Shown here in pieces: positions 26,201 through 36,000 of a stretch of DNA of 64,000 bases. Each line of letters begins with the position of its first letter. The first letter of the stretch is position 1. Source of the stretch: Callorhinchus milii (Eukaryota); contig NW_024704755.1 in assembly GCF_018977255.1 (NCBI RefSeq), forward strand, positions 5,022,001 to 5,086,000. Direction: 5' to 3'. Below the pieces are notes generated by a model that worked only from the letters and a program-made list of their open reading frames with translations, did no database searches and was not told where the DNA came from. Made by a program: the position numbers and the translations under genes.

Positions 26201-29101
26201 AAAATGATAAACCAGTATCCTGGTATCAATCAATCTTTTTCAAATTTGGAAAAAAATACATTCAGTCTTAATAGTGTTTTTAGACTTTGCTTGAGCAGAA
26301 CAACAACTTGCACCTATATAGCATCCTCCACACAGGGTAGCGTCTCAAGAGTGTTTAAACAGCATAAGTAGTTGCCTACATAAGTCGCTACTTTTCAAAG
26401 TGGCTTGTTACTTTTGAGACACTGAAACATGCTACTATTTTCGTTTATTTTTTCTTTATATCAACAATTTTGAAACACTGCTTAAGTTGACATAACAAAA
26501 AAACCTCCAGTAACCTCTTAGAACAGATGCGACATTTATCCTCTGGATTCGATGAGCACTGATTTGATTTCTCTTCTTGCATCTTAGTCACTTCCAATGC
26601 AGAGTTTGAAATGGATTTTTTTGCAGTCTGAAGGCAAACACAGTGTACATGAATGTTTTAGCTCTCATTAAGGTAAGAGATGGCAGGATAAATTCCCTAC
26701 ACTGCACTCAATGCTGACTTGCATCACAGATTGCATGAATTTTACACTATGAAGTTTTAAAAGAAAAAATCAAAATACAATTAAGTCAGCAATAGCATAA
26801 ATGCAGTTAACATTTGGCAACTTCTCACAAAAATCATGCAATTCTAAGATGCAGCTATAAATAGCAACCAATTTTCCCCTTTGACTTCTTTCCTCAGAGG
26901 CAGCCACATTACCACAGAAAAGTTAAAATAAAAATGGTAAAATGCATGTCACAGGAAAGAGGGAACTTAAATCTATGAATGTGCACATTTAAAACAAGTT
27001 ACACTACTTTAGATGCTGAAATACATTATACCAGACCATCCAAACTGAATTTAAATACATACAAGAAGCAGAAAAGGTTCACGGTTGTCAATCAAACGGT
27101 CCACAAAAGCCATCATTTTAATTTTGAATTCACTGTACATATAGAAACGAAGATCAGGATGGGAGCAATTCCTCTCTCTAATAACAGCTGAAAGCAATTT
27201 CTAAGAAAACAAGAAAGGACAAAACATTTTAAGACTGCAGCATAATAACAAAAGTATAATTCAACTAATTATAACTGCACACTAACAGGAAAAATACATT
27301 GTATACAATACAGCGGAATCTCGGTGATCCACCATAATAAACAGACCTGGAAATTCACGTATGTTGACATTACACTGTACGTGCTGTGCTCCCATCCCTG
27401 GCTGACTCAATTCCCATATCCCTCATTCCCACATTCAAAACTTTCTAATCTGCAAAAACAGATATCTGGCCCAATTGAACACTAACACACCTGGTCATCA
27501 GCCTTTGTGATATGTGTTCGTAGGATCTTGGAAGCTTCTTCAAAGCAGCTCTTCTTAATATAACGAACCACAGCCTTCAGAAAGAGAATATGAAAATGTT
27601 ACTCAAAAGCTTGCTTTATTTGGGAACATTGAACAAGCAACCTGGATGACAATCCATCTGTTTAAAAGAATTCAGGGATTGCCAAAGAATGGTCACTCAG
27701 ATTTCTATTTGTGTGCAATGCAAGATAAAAAAATACGTATTGCTTTTCACAGATGGTTACTGAGGACAAACTACTGCTTACTCATTACGACAGTAGTTTG
27801 CATTAGCTTTACACCCAACTTCCGGTGTCAAAACCAATGACTAAACAAATTAAAAATGATTTAAAATCATTGAATTAACCTGTATTTGTATAGCTTCTCC
27901 GATCTTTTGGATCATTCCTTCATCCAATGAGAACTCATTCTTTATCCGGTCAAGAATTGTTAAAACAGATTCCAGTGATATGGTGTTTCTTTCTGTATAA
28001 AAGTAATGAAAGGTAGATTTGTAAATACACACTTACCACATAAAGGTATGTGCAAAAAGTCAATTATATGCTTATTTTGCTTACCAAATTTGGCTAGAAA
28101 CCATATTATAAGAAGCTTTTTTGCAATCTCCTCTGTGTCATTGTATGGCCCTTTCAAAACAGCTGTAAATAAAAATAGAATACGAATATAAAATAAAAAT
28201 ATCAGTAGGTCTGAATAAAAGCCTGGTCCACGATCAACTTTTTAAACAACTGTTGCCATTTACACTGAAAACTATAATAGTAATGTTACCCGTTTTATTT
28301 ACTAAACTTTTTCCCCATTTCAAGCATTCAGTATCTGCATCCAGGTCAGATACCCCAAACTATCAGTAAAGCTCCTTGTACAGTATTTGCCAACTGAACC
28401 ACCATGAGACTTATTTTACCAGACTACTACCTTCCATGTTATAATGTTAAAACAGTCCAGCTCTATTTCGCTGTGCGAGGAGTTCCTTCCACAAGTCCCG
28501 TGCACTCCGATGCCCACTGACAAAACCAATCCCAACGAGCTTCTATTTAAAATATTTGTAGGTAAAATGATATAAGGTTCTGTACTCAAAAGCGTGCGGG
28601 GGTGGGGTTAAGACCGCACCAGAGGAAGAAAATTTCGTGTGTAAACACTACCGACATTGACTCAAGATAATAATAATAATAATAATCCTTGCATTTCATA
28701 TAGCACCTCCTCGCGGTCTTCAAGGTGCCTCAAAGCGCTTCACAGAATATACTGTAAAGTGCATAAGACATCCAGTAACGTCGTGCGAGCGTCGAGGCCA
28801 ACTTCACTTCGAGTTTGAGCGCCTAAACTCCGGACTCGCCTGTTATAACGTCCAGGATGGCGCAGAACTGCTCGTCTTGGCCGCTCCTGAACGCTTCGAG
28901 GGCGCAGTGCAAGTTATACTCCAGGATCCAATGGTTCACGGTTTGCTGGGGACCCGGCGCGTCTGCTCCGTCCCCGGCTTTCCTCTTCCTCGGATTCCGC
29001 CCCGGTGGCGATGCGGGTGGCGCCAAAGACCCGTTCAGGTCCCGCCGCTCGGCGTCCGTGTCGCTATCGGAGCTGTAGGCCCCGTCCCGCGATGCTGCCA
29101 T
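23287..29101 (-). CDS. TERF2: Telomeric repeat-binding factor 2, about 509 aa; exons 29101-28840, 28162-28085, 27992-27880, 27574-27491, 27200-27063, 26627-26515, 25724-25284, 24683-24598, 23906-23851, 23445-23287
   Basis: TRFH domain ([15 protein letters not shown]; SLESVL; [18 protein letters not shown]; REPFLL), RAP1-binding-like [17 protein letters not shown]2-binding-like [10 protein letters not shown], acidic [10 protein letters not shown], and telobox Myb [45 protein letters not shown]. Ten exons sum to 1530 nt in frame; lies between TMED6 and CYB5B. Confidence 0.95.
24784..25002. mobile_element. MITE-like inverted repeat (about 85-90 bp arms, about 45 bp spacer) in TERF2 intron 7
   Basis: Left arm 24784-24873 (..AGAGCATCCAGAATTTGGCAAATT..AATTCAGTCTTAA) is the reverse complement of right arm 24919-25002 (TTAAGACTGAATT..AATTTGCCAAATTCAGGATGCTCT). 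Confidence 0.7.
25389..25491 (-). repeat. 39-bp coding tandem repeat (about 2.6 copies) in TERF2 exon 7
   Basis: Units start at 25389, 25428 and 25467; encodes the 13-aa unit [12 protein letters not shown](L/P). Confidence 0.95.
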
Positions 29102-29235
29102 TTCTGGCGCGCAAAAGGGGGGGCAGCCGGACGTACCCGGAGGTTTCCGGCCTCCCGGAAATAACGTCACGCGCCCATCACGCGTTGAGGATAAAAGTGG
29201 AACTTTTGCGCCGCCATGTTGGTGAGGTCAAATAC
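29102..29235 (-). promoter_or_regulatory. TERF2 5'UTR / CpG-island promoter
   Basis: CpG-rich; two ETS-like CCGGAA sites near 29144-29160; YY1-type CGCCATGTT at 29212-29220. Confidence 0.65.
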
Positions 29236-29239
29236 CAAT

Positions 29240-29420
29240 CGCAATCCCTGCACTTAATACAGCGCTTTGTCACATCTTCAAGGCGTCTCAAAGCGCTTCA
29301 CAGAACATACTGTGAAGTGGATTGACTATGGGGAAAACAGGGCAGCCAATTGCGCACAGCAGCGTCCAACAAAGGGTTGTGGATTGAAGCAACCAATTTA
29401 TTATTTTTGTAACGGATTAT
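29240..29420 (-). mobile_element. SINE 3' half; further tail fragments at about 12005-12095 (+), 28668-28762 (-), 35050-35200 (-), 41990-42055 (+)
   Basis: CAAAGCGCTTCACAGAAC...GGCAGCCAATTGCGCACAGCA matches the family core and tail. Confidence 0.75.
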
Positions 29421-29919
29421 TACTCCCCCACCGGCAAGCAATTTGCCTATCGACTAGCAACCGGGTTCCTACTTACTACTACGTAAACAGAGGAAAAATA
29501 TTGCAACCGAAGGGAAAAAAGTCATGATTTTGCAGCTATAATTCTGTAATATTACAAGAGCAACAGATGTTAGCCATTCAGCCCCATACACCGAGCCTGT
29601 TTACACCCGTTTGTTAGATCTTATTTTTTGAAGCGCTTTGAGATGCCTCAACTACATGAAGAGGCGCTACATTAAATGCAAGGATTATTATCACTGTAGA
29701 ATGCATACCTGCCAATCTTGCTAAAGAAACAAAAGCAGTAGAAGTTCAGCAAACAAGAGAATTCGGCACATTCATTTTAACTTTCATTTGCATCATGTTC
29801 AGCATTTATTCAGCAAAAATCAAGAATATTTATTTTGTTGGCCAATACTGCTCCAGAGGAAGTTCAAATTGGCCAAAGTGCCTCCTTTTGTACAATCTTG
29901 TGTTTACATAATAATACAT

Positions 29920-30226
29920 TAGAATATACAGCACAGAAACAGGCCATTTGGCCCAACTTGTCTATGCCAGTGTTTATGATCCAAATGACCTCCTTCTGCC
30001 CTTCCCCAACTAAGCCTTCAAGCATAACCTTCTATTCCTTTCTCCTTCATGTACCTATCTAGCTTTCCCTTACATACATATATGCTATCTGCCTCAACAA
30101 CTCCTTGTGGTAGAATGTTCCACATTCCAACTAGTCCCTGTGGGAAGAAATTTCTTCTAAACTTCCCTATTTGATCTATTTGTGACTATTTTACATTAAG
30201 GGCCCCTGGTTTTGGTCTTCCACACC
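29920..30226 (-). mobile_element. Old CR1-like LINE 3' fragment, interrupted by L2 and resuming at about 31941-31980
   Basis: ACAGCACAGAAACAGGCCATTTGGCCC...GTGGTAGAATGTTCCACATTC...GGAAGAAATTTCTTCT is the typical CR1 3' end; the continuation GAAACATCTTCCCTATGTCTACCCTATCAAA follows the L2. Confidence 0.65.
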
Positions 30227-31940
30227 ACAACAACAACAACAAGATTCCATTTATAAAGCGCCTTTCACGTCAGGAGGACGTCGCAAGGCGCTGCACAGTT
30301 GGGTCATGACCCGAGCAGGGGGGAAATGGTCAGGGTGAGGGGAGGGGAGGGAGCGAGGAGGGGGGAAATGGTCAGGGTGAGGGGAGGGATGGGAGGGAGC
30401 GAGAAGGGGGAAGAGAGTCGAGAGGGGAGCTGAAGGCTCGGTCAAAGAGAAAGGTTTTGAGACCGGCCTTGAAGGAGGAGAGGGAGGAAGCAAGGCGAAG
30501 GCACTGGGGGATAGAGTTCCAGAGCCTCGGGGCTGAAGGCCCGACCACCAATGGTAGGGCGATTGGGGCGGGGGACGTGGAGCAGACCGGAGCCGGAGGA
30601 ACGGAGGGTACGGGCAGGTAGGTAGGGGGATAGTAGGTTGGAGAGGTAGGAGGGAGCAAGGCCGTGAATGGCCTTGTAGGTGAGGATGAGGATCTTGAAA
30701 TCAATCCTCTGGGGGATGGGGAGCCAGTGGAGGCGAGCGAGGGTGGGAGTGATGTGGTCGCGGTGTCTGGTGCGGGACAGTACACGAGCTGCAGAGTTCT
30801 GAATGACCTGCAGCTTGTGGAGGGAGGTGGCGGGAAGGCCGCGAGGAGAGAGTTCCCATAGTCCAGCCTTGAGGTGACAAAGGCGTGAACCAGGGTTTCA
30901 GCCGCGTGAGGGGTGAGGTAATGGCGTAGTCTGGCGATGTTCCGGAGGTGATGGAAGGCAGTGCCAGTTGTGGTGCGGATGTGAGGGAGAAAGGACAGCT
31001 CAGGGTCGAACAAAACGCCGAGGTTCCTGACTGGCTTTGAGAGGTGGAGAGTGCAGCCTTGGATGCTGATGGTGTCGGCGCCTGAGGTGCGGAGGCGCTG
31101 ACGCGAACCAATCAGGAGGGCCTCGGTTTTTCGCACGTTGAGCTGAAGAAAGTTGTCTCTCGTCCAGGACTCGATGTCGGACAGGCAGCTGTCAGGACAT
31201 CGGTGGTCGTGGAGTTGAGAGTAGAGGAGGAAAGGTAGAGTTGGGTGTCATCCGCATACATGTGGAAGTTAACTCCATGTCTGCGGATGAAGTCACCAAG
31301 GGGGAGCATATAGAGGGTGAAGAGGAGGGGACCGAGGACAGAGCCCTGAGGGACTCCACATGAGACAGTACGGGGGGTGGAGGAGAAGCTATTTGTCGAG
31401 ACAAAGTGAAGACGGTGAGAAAGGTACGACCTAAACAACAACAACAACAAGATTCCATTTATAAAGCGCCTTTCACGTCAGGAGGACGTCCCAAGGCGCT
31501 GCACAGTTGGGTCATGACCCGAGCAGGGGGGAAATGGTCAGGGTGAGGGGAGGGGAGGGAGCGAGGAGGGGGGAAATGGTCAGGGTGAGGGGAGGGATGG
31601 GAGGGAGCGAGAAGGGGGAAGAGAGTCGAGAGGGGAGCTGAAGGCTCGGTCAAAGAGAAAGGTTTTGAGACCGGCCTTGAAGGAGGAAAGGGAGGAAGCA
31701 AGGCGAAGGCACTGGGGGATAGAGTTCCAGAGCCAAACCACTCAAGGACAGTGCCTTGAAGGTTGAGGTGGGAGGACAAGCGGTGGAGTAGGATAGCGTG
31801 GTCGACCGTATCGAATGCTGCCGATAGGTCGAGGAGGACGAGGAGGCAGAGGGAGCCCTGGTCACAGATGGTCAGGATATCATTGGTGACCTTGACCAGG
31901 GCAGTTTCTGTGCTACGGGCAGCACGGAAACCTGACTGAA
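30227..31940 (-). mobile_element. 5'-truncated young L2-clade LINE (RT and C-terminal ORF2, frameshifted) with a nested 3' fragment at 31437-31734
   Basis: RT motifs [86 protein letters not shown]; (TTG)n tail at 30227-30242. Confidence 0.95.
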
Positions 31941-32199
31941 CAGTTGAAACATCTTCCCTATGTCTACCCTATCAAAACCGCACAAAGCAGGGGGGTTTTT
32001 CATGCCCAGTACAAGAAAAATACACCGAATTGGGTGTCATCCGACGTGAAAGGCGCGATACAAATGCAATTTGTTTTTGTTGAACCCGTCCAATCTGGTA
32101 CTAATGGACACAAGCTTTCCCTCACTCGCCCCTTCACCGAAGGGAAAAAAATGTCATGTTTTTGCTGCTGTGATTCTCTAACAATACAAGAGCAACGGG

Positions 32200-32595
32200 C
32201 AACAAGAAGATTACATTTGTATCGCGCCTTTCACGTCGAGAGGATGTCCAAAGGCGCTGGACAGGGCACAGCGTTTCAGACCCGAGCTGGGGTCAGGGGG
32301 GGAGGAGGGAGGGGACGGGAAGGTGGGGGGGTGACCGACGGTGGGGGGTGACCGAAGGTGGGGGGTGACGATGGGGGGGGTGACCGACGGTGGGGGGTGA
32401 CCGACGGTGGGGGGGTGACTGACGGTGGGGGGTGACCGCCCGCATGCTCGAAGAGGAGGGTCTTGAGGCGGGACTTGAAGGAGGCTAAGGAGTGGGGGGG
32501 GGGGGGCGAGGGGGCCGAGGCGAGGCGATTGGGGAGAAGGAATTCCAGAGGTCGGGGGCAGAGCGGCTGAAGGCTCTCCCGCCAACGGTGGGGCG
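32200..32595 (-). mobile_element. L2 3' fragment carrying an internal G-rich minisatellite
   Basis: L2 tail (CATTTGTATCGCGCCTTTCACGTC) and ORF2 end (TVGGRAFSRSAP, WNS, SFKSRLKTLLF). Confidence 0.85.
32322..32440. repeat. About 17-bp minisatellite GGTGGGGGGTGACCGAC x about 7
   Basis: Tandem units read directly. Confidence 0.9.
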
Positions 32596-32759
32596 GAGGC
32601 CATCCGCCCCCCCCCACCCGCCGAGCCTGTTTACGCCCGTCCGTCAGATCCCGGCGGGTCTTCTTACTTGTTCGAGAGCGCTCTGAGACGTCCGAAACGC
32701 ACGACGGAGGCGCTGCGGCGAAGGCGAACGCGAGGACCGTCGGCGCGTAACGCAAACAC

Positions 32760-33067
32760 CCCGACCCGTCCGTCGTACGATCAGAGCTGCGTCGCATCAC
32801 GTGACGCTCCGCCCGCCCCGCCCCCCCCCAGCGTGTGACGTATCGGACCTGAGCCGCCTCGGGATCCTATTGGCGGGCGGGGGGGCCGGGCTCCGCGCGC
32901 GGTGACCGCAGGAGACGCCGGTGAGTCACGTGAGGCGCGACCGTTACTGGCTACCTGCGCGAGCTGCTTCAATCCCCCCCTCACGCGCACCCACGGCAGA
33001 CGGTGACCGCCCCCCGCTTCGTTGGCGTCGCTCGCTCGCCCGCCCGCCCGCCGGCACAGCTTCAGCA
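32760..33067 (+). promoter_or_regulatory. CpG-island promoter / 5'UTR of CYB5B
   Basis: TCACGTGA at 32797-32804 and 32926-32933, TGAGTCA at 32922-32928, inverted CCAAT (ATTGG) near 32869, GC boxes. Confidence 0.75.
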
Positions 33068-36000
33068 ATGGGCGAAGACGACAAGGTAATCTGCAACGAT
33101 GACTCGCCGGTCAAATACTTAACGCTGGAAGACGTGAAGTGTCACAATTCCTGCACGTCCACATGGCTCGTGATTCACGACAAAGTCTACGATGTCACCA
33201 AATTTCTGGACGAGGTGAGTTGACGTTTATCTCCAACCCCTCCCAACCCCACCCCCCCCACCCACCCCCAGCAACTAGGCCTCGGTCTCGGGTCCCGGTG
33301 CGGGTGGCCCTGACGATTGGCACCACCGGGGGAGAAGGAGGGGCCTCGCTCTGGCCGTTTGACTCCCGACCTGCGGTAACCTCACTCAACACGGGACAAA
33401 AAAGGGAGGTGTGCGGGTTCACGGGGGTCGGACCCAAATGGACGCGCGCGGAATCGCAACAGAAACAAAAGCCCCCCCCCTCCCCGCCCCCGCCCCGCAT
33501 CACCCCTTTCGTGTGCGGCACTGCTTCTCTCGTCAGGACCCCCCCCCACCCCACCACCGTGGGAGTCCCGTAGCTCAGTGGTTAGAGCACTCGCTTTGCC
33601 AGCGAGAGACCCGAGTTCAATCCCCGGCAGGTCAGGGCCAAACCCTGGGCAAGTTTCCTTACTCCACAACACAGAGCCCCTACTAACAATCCCTCCAAAA
33701 CCCCCCCGAAAAAACACAATCATAAATCGGTCATTTTCAATCCACGACTGTCTGCGGCGACGCCGCTGTGCGCAATCGGCCGCCGCGTTCGCCCACAAAT
33801 ATACAGTCAATTCACTTTACAGTGTGTGTTCTGTGAAGCGCTTTGGGACGTCCTCCCGCCGTGAAAAAGCGCCATATCAAATGCGAGGATTATTATTATT
33901 GTTATTATGTCGCCTTTTGCGACCTGCTCCCCTTTGTAAAGTTGGCGGTTGAAGCACGATGGCACTTGTTTTCCTTGCCTTGTTTTAGCAATGCCCTCAT
34001 TTTATTCGATCGCCAACGGCAAAATGTTGGTTTGTAATCGATCATATGAGCGAAATGCAAATGTTGTCGTAAGAGGTTAGAACAGCAGCAGCAACAGCTT
34101 GCCACTTTTATAGCGCCCGCCACTCAAGAGCGCTTAACAGTTGGCAGAGCGTGACTCGGGGGGGGTGGTCTTTCAGTGGAAGGTTTTCAGGCAGGACTTG
34201 AAAAAAATTTGGGCCCCATAGTACGCTGGTATTTTTCCAGGGACTGTTATTTTTCTGTGACTGTTCTCCCACACAAATAGAATTGACATACAATGTCAAG
34301 TTTTAAGCAGCTTCTGTGAAGCCAATGATTTCTGAGAATGTTCTATGTGAAGTATTCTGACGTGCCTTTATGATGGGAGGAAATTTAGTCCTAAATTGTT
34401 TAGTCCTAATCCTAATCTTTTGTGTGGCGTGGTATGCATTGGCAAATAAAATGAAGTGACCTGATGTAATGTAATAAACCTATATGAAGATATATTTACA
34501 CACAGTCACTGTCTTTCATGAGAACAGAGAGAAAGACATTAACTACTCACCACCTGGAGCATCCTGGAGGCTTTCACGAGCTCCACCTTAGAAAGATAAG
34601 AAAAGCTCTGTTCAACTAAATATTTAAAAATTGTACACTTTTAATTGTCTATTTTTGGTGGTTGATTTGTTAAAATGGAGGGTATGAAATTCTTAGCTTT
34701 CACGGTCTTTGAAATCACATATTTCAATTCTCTTTATCAGGAACATCAGATATAGAAAGGACATCTGCTCTCCCGTTTTTGAAAGAAATGAAAAATATGT
34801 TTTTTTTGGCCAGAACAAATGTTTTTAAGTATTGAAGTAGGAACCCAGTATAAGTTCTGTCCTTGGCTGGTTGTACATGAAACTGCTTATATCTGTGTTA
34901 ATGCTGAGTCTAACCTTCAACTAAATTTTCAGTCGAAGGTTACATCATGTCCAAGTACATCAAAAACCATGACATTGAATTGGCAATAATAAGTAAGCAG
35001 TTTTATATCATCTTGTGCTTTCATTTATTGTGATCTATCTGAAGTAATGCAATAATAATCCTTGCATTTGATATAGCTCCTTTCATGTTGGGATGACGTC
35101 TCAAAGTGTTCCACAGGATTTACAGTAAAGTATAGTTACTGTAGTTGAAAGCAGCAGTCAATTTGTGCACTGCAATGTCCCACAAACAGCTTTGAAAATG
35201 AATTTTATCCGGGGGGGTTGTTGGCTAGGAAAGTAGGAGAAAATCCCTTCCCTTTTCAAATAGTGTCATGGTATCTATGAGACCGGCCTTGAAGGAGGCA
35301 AGGGAGGAAGCGAGGCAAAGGGACCGTGGGGTGGAGTTCCAGAGTGTGGGGGTAGAGAGGCTGAAAGCCCGGCCACCAATGGTCGGGCGGGAGACATGGA
35401 GCAGACTGGAGCCTGCTGAACGGAGGGAGCGGGCAGGTTGGTAGGGAGTCAGCAGGTCAGAGATGGCCTTGAAAGTGAGGACGAGGATCTTGAATTCGAT
35501 CCTCTGGAGGATGGGGAGCCAGTGGAGTCGGGCGAGGGTGGGGGTGATGGGGTCACGGAGCCTGGTACGTGAGAGTACACGAGCTGCAGAGTTTTGGATG
35601 ATCTGCACCTTGTGAAGGGAAGAGTTGGGAAGGCCGATGAGGAGGGAGTTCCCGTAGTCGAGCCTTGGTGTGACGAATGCGTGGGTGAGGGTTTCGGCAG
35701 CCTGAGGTGTGAGGCAGTGGCAGAGTCTGACAATGTTGCGGAGGTGGTGGTAGGCAGTGCCGGTCATGGCGCGGAGGTGGGAGAGAAAGGACAGTTCAGG
35801 GTCGAACAAGATACGCAGGTTCCTGACTGGCTTAGTGAGGTTGAGTTTAACATCTCATCTGAAGGTTGGCAACTCTGACAACTGAGTACTCAACAACCTC
35901 CTGACTTGTAGACGAGAGTGAAACTTGAAGAATAAACAGTGAGAATATAAATTAGCAGTATTAGTTTGTAGGACAGGTAACGGAGAGTTGTTTGGGGTTA

